From a virus (Duplodnaviria > Caudoviricetes): 25,062 bases of DNA. Numbering within the stretch: the first letter of the stretch is position 1; every line of letters starts with the position of its first letter. The notes under the pieces were generated by a model. That model did not search any database. It saw only the letters and a program-made list of their open reading frames with translations, and was not told where the DNA came from. This document shows positions 9,218-19,123 of this stretch, one piece after another. The stretch covers positions 1 to 25,062 of the IMG/VR virus record IMGVR_UViG_3300004369_000135. The stretch is one strand, 5' to 3'. The translations under genes and the position numbers were made by a program.

Positions 9218-10849
9218 ATGGCAGCTATTATTACTGATCAATTTAGAATATTGAATGCTGAAACCTTTGTTCAAAGTTTTACTGGCATCGGTACGACAAC
9301 CAATGTCTACTATACCTTTATAGGGTTACCGAACTCTACTGATACTGTTACTGGTTCTGGAACAACGGATTGGAATACTAATGTTCCCAATCCAAAGGAT
9401 ATGTTCAAGGAGCAGAATGATTATTATGATACCATGATCGCTCTTAAAAGAGTGAATGCTTCTGACCTCAGAAGAATGGTAAGAAAGGTAGAGTGGGTTG
9501 CTGGTACAACTTATGATATGTACAAGCATAATTACAGTTCTACAAATCCAGCGCCTGTAACTAATGCTACAGGTCTTTACGATGCGAATTATTATATTGT
9601 TAATAGTAACTTTAAAGTTTATGCATGTTTGAATAATGGTTTATCGCCTGATTTCCCATCAGGTAAACCTTCTATCGATGAACCAGATTTTACCGATCTA
9701 GAACCAAGAGCTGCTGGTACTAGTGGAGATGGATATATCTGGAAATACATGTATACCATTTCCCCAAGTGATGTAATTAAATTTGATTCTATTGATTATA
9801 TCCCAGTTCCATCAAATTGGGGATCTGGAGCAACTGCAGAGATTAAAAATAATGCTGTAGATGGAGAAATTAAAACTGTAATTATTGATAACGCTGGAGC
9901 TGGATATCAACCTATTGGAACTTCATTTAAGAACGTTCCTATCCTTGGTGATGGAACTGGTGGTAAAGTTACCGTTACTGTAGATAATTCTGGTAAAGTA
10001 TCAAACGTAGAAGTTACTAGTGGTGGTTCTGGATATACCAGAGGAAAGATTGAGTTCTATCCTGGTGCTCCTGGATCGGAAATTGGCGGTTCAATCTCTG
10101 GATTGAGTGCTGTTGGAACAGGAACTACTTCTGTTGCGGCGTTTGAAGTTATTATTCCACCTCAAGGTGGACATGGATATGATGTTTATAAAGAATTGGG
10201 TGCGTATAGAGTTCTAGTATACTCTAGATTTGAAACTACGTCAACAAATCCAGACTTTATTGTTGGTAACGATTTTGCTAGAGTTGGCTTACTTAAGAAT
10301 CCAACCGTTTATGGAAGTAAAACACAACTTTTAAATGCATCAGAAGCAAGTGCTGTTGGTGGAGTTAAGCTTAAGAGTTTTACTGGCGGTAGTATTGCTG
10401 ATACTACATACACTGTAGACACGACAATTACCCAAACAACGGGCATTGGTTCAACTGCTGCTGGCATTGTAGCTTCCTGGGACAACACAACTGGTGTCCT
10501 TAAGTATTATCAGCCAGTTGGTTTAGGTCTTTCTGCTTATGGCTGGAGAACTACAGAGTTTACTGATGCCATTGGTTATGGCGGAACTTACATTGTAAGT
10601 GGTGCAAGTGTCGGTTCCAACCTAGGAATTGATACAAGTTTTGGTAGTGCAGCAAACCCAGGAACTGCCACAACGGTTGGTTCTGGAACTAATACTAGAC
10701 TTGCTCCTCTAGGACTTAGATTCATTAATGGTGTGGCTCCACCAGAAGTTGAAAAATACTCTGGAGAAGTCATCTATATAGATAACAGAGCAGCAATTCC
10801 AAGATCTTCTACCCAAAAAGAAGATATCAAAATTGTATTAGAATTCTAA
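9218..10849 (+). CDS. gp8: Baseplate wedge subunit gp8
   Basis: Motifs MAAIITDQFRILNA, W..GTTYDMY, YYIVNSNFKVYACLNNG, DGYIWKYMYTI and C-terminal YSGEVIYIDNRAAIPRSSTQKEDIKIVLEF are typical of T4-like gp8. It follows gp7. Confidence 0.9.
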   Translation: MAAIITDQFRILNAETFVQSFTGIGTTTNVYYTFIGLPNSTDTVTGSGTTDWNTNVPNPKDMFKEQNDYYDTMIALKRVNASDLRRMVRKVEWVAGTTYDMYKHNYSSTNPAPVTNATGLYDANYYIVNSNFKVYACLNNGLSPDFPSGKPSIDEPDFTDLEPRAAGTSGDGYIWKYMYTISPSDVIKFDSIDYIPVPSNWGSGATAEIKNNAVDGEIKTVIIDNAGAGYQPIGTSFKNVPILGDGTGGKVTVTVDNSGKVSNVEVTSGGSGYTRGKIEFYPGAPGSEIGGSISGLSAVGTGTTSVAAFEVIIPPQGGHGYDVYKELGAYRVLVYSRFETTSTNPDFIVGNDFARVGLLKNPTVYGSKTQLLNASEASAVGGVKLKSFTGGSIADTTYTVDTTITQTTGIGSTAAGIVASWDNTTGVLKYYQPVGLGLSAYGWRTTEFTDAIGYGGTYIVSGASVGSNLGIDTSFGSAANPGTATTVGSGTNTRLAPLGLRFINGVAPPEVEKYSGEVIYIDNRAAIPRSSTQKEDIKIVLEF

Positions 10850-10853
10850 GAAG

Positions 10854-13800
10854 ATGCCACAAAATACCAATCTCAACACAGCACCATATTTTGACGATTT
10901 TAGTGAAGATAAGAATTTTAAGCGAGTTTTATTTAAGCCTGGAACCGCTATACAGTCTAGAGAATTAACTACTTTACAGTCAATTCTCCAGAATCAGATT
11001 GAGAATTTTGGGCAACACTTTTTCAAAGAAGGTGCCAAAGTAATTCCTGGACAAACATCATACGATAACCAGTATGAGTATGTTCAGGTAAATTCTTCAT
11101 ACTTCGGTACAGATCTTAGAGATTATATCAGCCTATTGGTTGGAAAAACTATTGTTGGTGCAACTTCTGGTGTTACTGCAAAAGTAATTAATACAATTAC
11201 TGATGCAGATTCTGATAACAATAATAATACTTTATACGTTCGTTATATTAAGTCAAATAGCACAGATTTTACTGGATCCAGATTTGTAGATGGTGAAGAG
11301 CTAATCACTGAAGAAACACTATCTACTGATACTTTTGCAATTCAGTCTGGTAACGGCTTTGCAAATTGTATTCCAGAAAATGCTACTGGAACGGCATCTT
11401 CAGCAGCAATTTCTGATGGTGTATACTTCATCAGAGGTCATTTTGTAAAGGTATTGAGTGAATCCATCATCTTAGATCAGTATGGTAACACTCCAAGTTA
11501 CAGAGTAGGTCTTCTAATCAATGAAGAGATTGTAACACCATTTGATGATGAGTCTTTGTATGATAACGCACAAGGATATTCAAACTATTCCGCCCCAGGC
11601 GCAGATAGATTTAAAATTTCAACTTCTCTTATTAAAAAATCATTAACTGATTTTAATGATGAGAACTTTATTGAGTTAATGAGAATTGAAAACGGTGTCT
11701 TACAGACATTCACTAAAGAGACCGTTGGCAGCACAATTAGAGACGAACTTGCCAGAAGAACTTTTGACGAGTCTGGAAACTATATCGTAAATCCTTTTGA
11801 AATTTTTGCAAAAGAAAGTTTAAATGATAGCGAAGGTAATGGTGGAATCTATAATTCCAATCAAGTAACTCCTGAAGGTAATTCACCTTCAGAAGCTTTG
11901 GCTCTTCTACAAGTATCCCCAGGTAAGGCATATGTAAGGGGATATGAAATCGGTAAAGTTTCAAATACCTTTATTGATGTTGAAAAGCCAAGAACTTCTA
12001 ATACAGTAGATACATATTCTTTAACTTTCAATTCTACGGGTAAAGTAGTCGTTAATAATGTAACAGGTTCGGCACAGGTAGGATTTGGTACAACCACAAC
12101 ACTGCGTCTTGGTGATGCTAGAGTTGGATCTAGTGGTCTTGCAGAACCAGGAAACGAGATTGGTGTCGCTAGAATCTATGATTATAAGTCACAAGATTCT
12201 AGATATGCAGATGATACTACAAAGTATGATCTTTTCTTATATGATATTCAAACTTATACCAAAGTTTCAATCTCAACTACTGTCACTTTAGATGCTCCCG
12301 CTGTAATTCAGGGTAATAGTAGTGGTGCTACTGGTTATCTACAGTCTTCAGTTTCGGCTTCTCCAAACTTAACCCTATATTGCAGCAACGGTAAGTTTAT
12401 TCAAGGTGAGACAATTTCAGTCAATGGAATCAGTTCAGCTCCAACTGTTGTGTCTGTTCGTGACTATGATTTCAGTGATGTAAAATCAGTATACTCACAA
12501 GTTGGTGTTAACACTTTCACTGCTGATCTAGAGCTAAGTTCTACAAAACTAATTGCACCACAAGGAACGCAATTTACAATCACTTCTGGTGGTGTTGTTA
12601 CTGTAGGCGTAACTTCTGCAACTTCAGTAGGTATTAAGACTGGAGATATTATCAGATACACAAAGTCTGGCAATACTGTTTCTACTTTCAACAAGGTAGT
12701 TTCGGTAAGTCCTGCTGCCAACAGCTTTACCGTTGCAGGAATTACAAGTGTAACCAACATTTGTGACGGAACACTTCCTGGTTCAACTCTAAACGTTAAC
12801 GATCTAGTTATTGTTGCTCCAGAAGTAATTAATGGAAGAGGTTCTACATTAGTAACTCCACTACCTCACAATGACATTAGCAATGTAAATCTAATTTCTT
12901 CAGAGCTAAAGGTCAAGAAAACATACACGATTTCTGTATCTGGTTCTCAAGCATCAGTAACTGAATCAGATCCAAACCTATTCTTCTCCGAATTTGACGT
13001 AGAAGATTACAATGTATCTTATGCAAATGGAACTGTAGAGCCACTAAGAAGTGGTCAAGTTGTGTTTAGCAATGGTAACAAAACCATCACTCTAACACAG
13101 TTATCCGTTTCTTCAGATTCAAGCGTAAAGTTAATTGCATCTTTAAATAAGATCAATGCTACATCTAAGCAAAAGGTTCTAAACCGTTGTGCAACCGTAA
13201 CCATCAGCAGATCTTCAAATTCTGCTTCTGGAATTGGAACTTCTAAACTAAATGATGGATTGACTTATAGTGGAATTTTTGGAACAAGAGTTCAAGATAA
13301 AGAGATTTCACTCAATGTTCCTGATGTATTACGTGTTCATGCAATTTATGAATCTAATGATACCTCATCTCCAACCCTACCACAATTAACTTTAGTAGAA
13401 ATTTCTGGTTCTCTACTAAATGCCATTCAAGGTGATGTAGTTGTTGGTACTGAGACAAAAGCTAGTGCAAGAGTTGTTTCGACCACTGCTTCTTCTGTCA
13501 CATTTACATATCTGACTGAAAAGTCATTTAGCATTGATGAGTCTGTTACATTCAAAAAGTCTGGAATTACTGCAACCATCTCTAATGTAACCGATGGTGA
13601 TCAGGACATTGTTGAGTCATTTACTCTAGATGGTGGTCAAAGATTAGAGTTCTTAGACTATGGTAGAATTGTTAGAAAGGATGGCGTAGAAGCACCTAAG
13701 AGACAAATCACTATTGTATTTGACTATTATAGCATTCCTGGTGGTGATAATGGAGACTTTGTATCATTCTCAAGTTATGATGCAGATCTATATCTAAGAG

Positions 13801-16800
13801 ATATTCCTTCCATCAGAACACTAAGATCTACAGATTCCCTCGACATCAGACCAAGAGTTGCTGACTACAATCCTGCAACAGATACCCTATCACCATTTGA
13901 ATTCAAAGCAAGAAACTTTGCATCTTCTGGAACATATTCTAACAATCCCATCTATCCGAATAGCCAATTAGTATTAGGTTATTCATACTATCTGCCAAGA
14001 ATTGATAAACTTCTCTTAACTAAAGAAGGATTCTTTGAACTAAGAAAAGGTGTACCATCTGATAATCCAGTTGCTCCTATTGACATTTCATCGTCTCTAG
14101 AAATTGCAACTATCAGACTAAGACCTTATGTTTATAGTGTAAAGCAAGACATCAGCATTAGTCCTACGCAACATAAGCGTTATACGATGGCTGATATCAC
14201 TAAGCTTGAAAACAGACTTTCTAACGTAGAGAAGTATACTGCTCTATCTTTACTAGAAAGTGATACTGCAAATCTAACCATCAGAGATTCTCAAACTGGT
14301 TTAGATAGATTTAAGTCAGGATTCTTTGTAGACAACTTCAAGAATCATGTCAGTCATATCCTAACTGGCAAATCTAGTATTGATACCCTTAAGGGTGAAT
14401 TAAGACCATCTCACTACACCACTGGTTTAGATCTTCTAATTGGATCTCAGTCTTTGGTTGGTATTGGTTCAACATCAAATCAAAATCTCGATACAAGATT
14501 TGTAACAGATCTACAATCACCAAACATCAAGAGAACTGGAGCACTGGTAACTCTTGACTATACAGAGACTGTAGCTGCTCAACAGCAATTTGCTACCAGA
14601 ACAGAGAACATCAACCCATTCGCAGTTTCTACCTGGATTGGTAATATTGATCTTGCACCTGCTTCTGATACTTGGATTGCAGAGAACAGACTTGCTGTAA
14701 GAAATATTGAAGAAGAAGGTTCATTTAATGCTCTTCTCGATACTCTAGGTGCTGATCCAAATACAGGTCTTGCACCTACAGATTGGGGTGCTTGGGAAGA
14801 GGTATGGTCGGGTCAAACCGTTGTTGGTGATGAGCTTGTAAGATCTGAAACTAGCACTGAGCAAGTATCTGATAGTGGCTGGAGAAACACTGGCGCAAGA
14901 AGAGGCAATTGGCCCTTCTTGGAGCAAAGAAGAACCAGAACTCTTCTCGATACTACTGTAAACACAAATCTTGTCACCACCAGAATTGATAGCAGACTTT
15001 CAAGAGCTGGTGTACAGTTCCAAGTATCCCCAAGAGTTGATCGTAGATCACTAGGATCTGCAGTTGTTAGCAGAGACATTATTCCTTTCTTAAGATCAAG
15101 AAATATTGAATTCACTGCAAAGAGAATGAGACCTAGAACTCAGTTCTATGCATTCTTTGATAAAGTTGCAATGACTGACTATTGTGTTCCAAAGCTGCTA
15201 GAGATTAGCATGGTTAGTGGAACATTTAGTGTTGGTGAGACTGTTGTCGGTTATGTTCCAGGAACAACCTTAAGAAACACTGAGAACACTCTAATCAGAT
15301 TTAGAGTTGCTAAATCAAACCACAAATATGGCCCTTATGATTCTCCAACTCAAGTATTTGATGTAAATCCATATGAAGATACTCTAACTCTTCCTGATAC
15401 ATATTCTTCGACTGCTACCGTACTAAACATTGACACATTTAGCCTCGGAGCGCAGGTTGAGAGCGAGTTCTACGGTCAAGTAGTACCAGATATGATCCTT
15501 GTGGGTCAAACTAGTGGTGCTCAGGCTACTGTAAGCGATTTAAGGCTTATCTCAGATAAGAATGGAACTCTAATTGGTTCACTCTTTATTCCAGATCCAG
15601 CATCTCCTGATCAACCTGAATTTGAAACTGGAAGAAAGACTCTGCTCTTAACTGCAAGTCAGAATAACAATCCAGTTCCAGGTTCTTATAATAGCCAAGC
15701 CGAAGTAACATTTACATCTTCTGGTGAGTTAAACATCACTCAGGAAACCGTCATTTCAACAAGAAATGCTGAGGTTCAAAGAACGCAGGTAACTGATACA
15801 ACCACTGTATCACAAAATGTTTCTACTCTAACAAGATCGACAACTGCAGAAACTAGAACCGTAACAAATCAACAATGGTACGATCCTCTCGCTGAAACAT
15901 TCCTCGTTACAGATGATGGTGGCATCTTCCTAACTTCTCTTGATGTATTCTTCTCAACTAAGGATCAAAACATCCCAATTACCTGTCAAATCAGAACAAC
16001 TCAAGTTGGTACTCCTACTTCGACAATTATTGCATTTAGCCAAGTAACACTCGAAGCAGACGAAGTTCTAACTTCAACCGATGGTAGTGTTCCAACTAAG
16101 TTTACATTCCCATCACCTGTTTACCTTGAAGGTAATGGCACTGAATATGCTATTGTTCTCCTTTCTGATTCTAATAATTATACTGCATGGATCTCTAGAA
16201 TGGGTGAGGCTGAAATCAGCACTGCAAACCTTTCAGAGAATCAAAGAGTTATTGTTTCCCAACAACCTTATCTTGGATCACTATTCAAGTCACAAAATGG
16301 TTCAACCTGGGATTCAAGTCAACTAGAAGACCTCAAGTTTGTACTCTATAAGGCACAGTTTACAACTGATCCTGGCATCTTCAAGCTTTACAATCCTAAG
16401 TTGGGTGTTGGTAATGGACAGCAACCAAGACTGAGACCAAATCCTGTTAAGACTCTTTCTAAAGAAGTTGTTGTTGGTTTAGGTTCTACTGTTGCTAGCA
16501 CTTATCTAGATCCAGGTGTTACAATCACTCAGATTAATAATACTAACACAACTGGTAAGCTTTCTAAGATTACTGGAGCAATTGCAATCAATGATACTCA
16601 AGCATTGCAAGTTAACAATGTTGGTAGTGGACTAACTCCATCCGCAGGAAACTTTACATTCACTGGTGTAGATCTAACTTCTATTAGCGGAGTTGGTACT
16701 GGCGCTCAAATGCAAATTTCCATCAATAGTGGAAACATTGGTGTCATTACAGTTACCGATGGTGGTAAGGGTTATGCTGTTGGTGATGTTCTTACCGCAC

Positions 16801-18314
16801 AAGTTGGCTCATTGAGTGAAAATGTAAGATTCAATGTTGGAATCGTTTCCTCCCTCAATCAGTTAGTAGTCACTGACGTTCAGGGAAGCTTTGATACCAC
16901 AAATCAACTTGCTTGGATTGTTGGAAGTGGTGCTAATGTTGGTATTGCTTCTACTCTACCATCGACCCCAGTTACTATCACCAACAATCCAGATAGAACT
17001 GGTCTTTACATGCAAGTTGCTCACAGAAATCATGGAATGCATGGAAGAAACAATAAAGTTAAGATTTCTAACGTAGTTTCAAATCTAGGCGCAGTTAGAC
17101 TTTCCGAGGAATATGTAAACACTGCAACAACAAGTTTACCTGTTTCTGCAGTCGGCATCTTCACTAGCTTTGAAAATGTCGGAGTGTCTAGCACGAATCC
17201 TGGCTACATCATGATCAATAGTGAGGTCATTAGCTACACAGGAACTGATGCTACTGCAAGTCCACAAGTTCTAACTGGAATTTCTAGAGGTATTGATGAT
17301 ACTGTAGCACAGACTCATAAGGTCAATTCTGCTATTATGAAGTATGAACTCAATGGTGTATCATTGAGAAGAATCAACACCACTCACAACTTTGCCGATG
17401 TTGATGTTGCCAATAATATTGATCTCGATTCTTATTACATCAAGATTAATACAACTTCAACTGGTTTAGGAACTTCTAGAGATGGATCAAATGGTTTACC
17501 AATCTTAGCATTTGATAGCACTAAGCAAGGTGGTGGAAGAAGCGTAAGGGCAACTCAAAACATTCAGTTTGAGACCATTACACCTAATGTCCAGATTATG
17601 CTCCCATCTACAACACAAATTGCTACAAGAGCAAGAACTGTTTCTGGAACTAGCGTTGATGGAACTGAAGTTTCGTTCCAAGACAAAGGTTATGAACCAA
17701 TTAACTTGAATGAGATCAATTCACTATCATCTCCAAGAATTATTTGTGCTGAGGTTAATGAATTAGAGCATCTATCCAATCTCCCTGGCAACAAGTCATT
17801 CACCATGGAAATGACTCTATCGACACAAAACAGAAACGTATCACCTGTTATTGACCTTGATAGAATTAATATTATTACTACATCAAATAGAATTAACAAT
17901 GTAGTCACTGATTTTGCTAAAGATGGTAGAGTCAATTCAGATCTAACTGATCCAACCGCTGCTGCATATGTAACTAAGCGTGTCAATCTTGAAAATCCTG
18001 CTACTGCACTAGATGTCAGATTTGCCGCTTTCCGCGATCAGAGCAACGATATTAGAGTCCTATATAAACTATACAGAGCAGATGCTCCAGATGGAGATCA
18101 GCCATATATCCTATTCCCAGGATATAATGGTCTTCTAGATGGAAATCCAGATACAAGAGTTCCATCTAGCAATAATAATGAATACCTAGACTATAAGTTT
18201 AGTGTGAATGATCTTCCAGAATTCACTGGATTCAGCATCAAGGTTGTATTCACTGGCACAAATCAAGCTGTAGTACCTAAGATTAAAGAGTTTAGAGCGA
18301 TTGCATTAGCATAA
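10854..18314 (+). CDS. Large virion structural protein, DUF4815 / VrlC-like
   Basis: N-terminus PYFDDF...RVLFKPG.AIQSRELTTLQSILQNQIE, internal APGADRFKI, RDELARRTFDESGNY, YYLPRIDKL, DRFKSGFFVDNF, DPLAETF and GSLFKSQNGSTW, and C-terminal PKIKEFRAIALA. The position after gp8 is conserved in cyanomyoviruses. Confidence 0.8.
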   Translation: MPQNTNLNTAPYFDDFSEDKNFKRVLFKPGTAIQSRELTTLQSILQNQIENFGQHFFKEGAKVIPGQTSYDNQYEYVQVNSSYFGTDLRDYISLLVGKTIVGATSGVTAKVINTITDADSDNNNNTLYVRYIKSNSTDFTGSRFVDGEELITEETLSTDTFAIQSGNGFANCIPENATGTASSAAISDGVYFIRGHFVKVLSESIILDQYGNTPSYRVGLLINEEIVTPFDDESLYDNAQGYSNYSAPGADRFKISTSLIKKSLTDFNDENFIELMRIENGVLQTFTKETVGSTIRDELARRTFDESGNYIVNPFEIFAKESLNDSEGNGGIYNSNQVTPEGNSPSEALALLQVSPGKAYVRGYEIGKVSNTFIDVEKPRTSNTVDTYSLTFNSTGKVVVNNVTGSAQVGFGTTTTLRLGDARVGSSGLAEPGNEIGVARIYDYKSQDSRYADDTTKYDLFLYDIQTYTKVSISTTVTLDAPAVIQGNSSGATGYLQSSVSASPNLTLYCSNGKFIQGETISVNGISSAPTVVSVRDYDFSDVKSVYSQVGVNTFTADLELSSTKLIAPQGTQFTITSGGVVTVGVTSATSVGIKTGDIIRYTKSGNTVSTFNKVVSVSPAANSFTVAGITSVTNICDGTLPGSTLNVNDLVIVAPEVINGRGSTLVTPLPHNDISNVNLISSELKVKKTYTISVSGSQASVTESDPNLFFSEFDVEDYNVSYANGTVEPLRSGQVVFSNGNKTITLTQLSVSSDSSVKLIASLNKINATSKQKVLNRCATVTISRSSNSASGIGTSKLNDGLTYSGIFGTRVQDKEISLNVPDVLRVHAIYESNDTSSPTLPQLTLVEISGSLLNAIQGDVVVGTETKASARVVSTTASSVTFTYLTEKSFSIDESVTFKKSGITATISNVTDGDQDIVESFTLDGGQRLEFLDYGRIVRKDGVEAPKRQITIVFDYYSIPGGDNGDFVSFSSYDADLYLRDIPSIRTLRSTDSLDIRPRVADYNPATDTLSPFEFKARNFASSGTYSNNPIYPNSQLVLGYSYYLPRIDKLLLTKEGFFELRKGVPSDNPVAPIDISSSLEIATIRLRPYVYSVKQDISISPTQHKRYTMADITKLENRLSNVEKYTALSLLESDTANLTIRDSQTGLDRFKSGFFVDNFKNHVSHILTGKSSIDTLKGELRPSHYTTGLDLLIGSQSLVGIGSTSNQNLDTRFVTDLQSPNIKRTGALVTLDYTETVAAQQQFATRTENINPFAVSTWIGNIDLAPASDTWIAENRLAVRNIEEEGSFNALLDTLGADPNTGLAPTDWGAWEEVWSGQTVVGDELVRSETSTEQVSDSGWRNTGARRGNWPFLEQRRTRTLLDTTVNTNLVTTRIDSRLSRAGVQFQVSPRVDRRSLGSAVVSRDIIPFLRSRNIEFTAKRMRPRTQFYAFFDKVAMTDYCVPKLLEISMVSGTFSVGETVVGYVPGTTLRNTENTLIRFRVAKSNHKYGPYDSPTQVFDVNPYEDTLTLPDTYSSTATVLNIDTFSLGAQVESEFYGQVVPDMILVGQTSGAQATVSDLRLISDKNGTLIGSLFIPDPASPDQPEFETGRKTLLLTASQNNNPVPGSYNSQAEVTFTSSGELNITQETVISTRNAEVQRTQVTDTTTVSQNVSTLTRSTTAETRTVTNQQWYDPLAETFLVTDDGGIFLTSLDVFFSTKDQNIPITCQIRTTQVGTPTSTIIAFSQVTLEADEVLTSTDGSVPTKFTFPSPVYLEGNGTEYAIVLLSDSNNYTAWISRMGEAEISTANLSENQRVIVSQQPYLGSLFKSQNGSTWDSSQLEDLKFVLYKAQFTTDPGIFKLYNPKLGVGNGQQPRLRPNPVKTLSKEVVVGLGSTVASTYLDPGVTITQINNTNTTGKLSKITGAIAINDTQALQVNNVGSGLTPSAGNFTFTGVDLTSISGVGTGAQMQISINSGNIGVITVTDGGKGYAVGDVLTAQVGSLSENVRFNVGIVSSLNQLVVTDVQGSFDTTNQLAWIVGSGANVGIASTLPSTPVTITNNPDRTGLYMQVAHRNHGMHGRNNKVKISNVVSNLGAVRLSEEYVNTATTSLPVSAVGIFTSFENVGVSSTNPGYIMINSEVISYTGTDATASPQVLTGISRGIDDTVAQTHKVNSAIMKYELNGVSLRRINTTHNFADVDVANNIDLDSYYIKINTTSTGLGTSRDGSNGLPILAFDSTKQGGGRSVRATQNIQFETITPNVQIMLPSTTQIATRARTVSGTSVDGTEVSFQDKGYEPINLNEINSLSSPRIICAEVNELEHLSNLPGNKSFTMEMTLSTQNRNVSPVIDLDRINIITTSNRINNVVTDFAKDGRVNSDLTDPTAAAYVTKRVNLENPATALDVRFAAFRDQSNDIRVLYKLYRADAPDGDQPYILFPGYNGLLDGNPDTRVPSSNNNEYLDYKFSVNDLPEFTGFSIKVVFTGTNQAVVPKIKEFRAIALA

Positions 18315-18315
18315 T

Positions 18316-18546
18316 ATGAACAATCAATATGATAGGGAAGAGAGGGATTTGATCCCTGTAGAGGGTAATACTACTCTCAAAAGGGATTCCTTCTCTAAAG
18401 CAATAATTAATACGGATAAGAATGCCTATGAAAAATATATTTCTTTGCGTGATCAAAGAAGTAAAGAAAGAGAAGAAATTGAGTCTATTAAAAGTGATTT
18501 AGCAGAAGTAAAAGCTTTGCTATCTCAACTCGCAGCAAAGTTATAA
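18316..18546 (+). CDS. Conserved small phage protein with C-terminal coiled coil
   Basis: ATG 1 nt after the previous stop. It has a VEG...RD..SKAIINTD..AY..Y pattern, which I recall in genes following DUF4815 genes, and a heptad-like C-terminus (IESIKSDLAEVKALLSQL). Confidence 0.75.
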   Translation: MNNQYDREERDLIPVEGNTTLKRDSFSKAIINTDKNAYEKYISLRDQRSKEREEIESIKSDLAEVKALLSQLAAKL

Positions 18547-18549
18547 ATA
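18542..18549 (+). promoter_or_regulatory. T4 late promoter TATAAATA
   Basis: Perfect consensus overlapping the TAA stop of the 76-aa gene, 26 nt upstream of the ATG at 18576. Confidence 0.85.
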
Positions 18550-18575
18550 CTTAAAGACAATAATAGTATGCAGGC

Positions 18576-18917
18576 ATGTCTGTAAGAGTCGTCAATTTAG
18601 TAATACCGCAAGGCACAGATTTTTCTTCATCATTTATGCTTGAGGAATATAATGACCTTCCTATTGACTTGAACGGATATACAGGTGCATGTCATATTAA
18701 AAAACACCCATCGAGCACGTCAAAACATTCGATGGATGTGACTTTCCCAAGCCCTGATTATGGTGAAATCAAAATTTCTATAGGATCAACGGCATCTGCC
18801 TCAATTAAAGAGGGCAGATATCTTTACGATATTCTCTTAACTGAAACAGCGACTGGATTGAAAACCCGTGTAGTTGAAGGGACAGTAACAATTACTGCAG
18901 GAGTTTCAACCTCATGA
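18576..18917 (+). CDS. Small beta-sandwich (Ig/BppU-like) virion protein
   Basis: NLVIPQGTDF...PIDLNGYTG..HIKK...GEIKISI...GRYLYDILL...TRVVEGTVTITAGVS is a widespread phage adaptor-type pattern. It is the first gene after the late promoter. Confidence 0.7.
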   Translation: MSVRVVNLVIPQGTDFSSSFMLEEYNDLPIDLNGYTGACHIKKHPSSTSKHSMDVTFPSPDYGEIKISIGSTASASIKEGRYLYDILLTETATGLKTRVVEGTVTITAGVSTS

Positions 18918-19123
18918 CGCAATTCAATACAAGAATATCTGACCAAAACAGGATTAAAGTTACTACCAATCTAAGGGGTGTAACAACTCTCAATGCATTG
19001 ACAAATGTTGATGTAACTAATTTGACTAATAATGCTTTTTTAGTTTACGATTCAGCCACTGGTAAGTGGACTGCAACATCAGCCCTCGAAGCTGGAACAC
19101 TCTTAGATGGAGGTGAGTTCTAA
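18914..19123 (+). CDS. Small fibre-associated protein ending in a DGGEF motif
   Basis: ATGA overlap with the upstream gene and AGGAG at 18899-18903. It carries the fibre-type repeat LNALTNVDV...FLVYDSATGKW and ends in LDGGEF. Confidence 0.7.
   Translation: MTQFNTRISDQNRIKVTTNLRGVTTLNALTNVDVTNLTNNAFLVYDSATGKWTATSALEAGTLLDGGEF
19109..19116 (+). promoter_or_regulatory. Strong Shine-Dalgarno GGAGGTGA for the gene at 19123
   Basis: An 8-nt match to the 16S anti-SD, 6 nt before the ATG, lying inside the upstream DGGEF codons. Confidence 0.7.
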
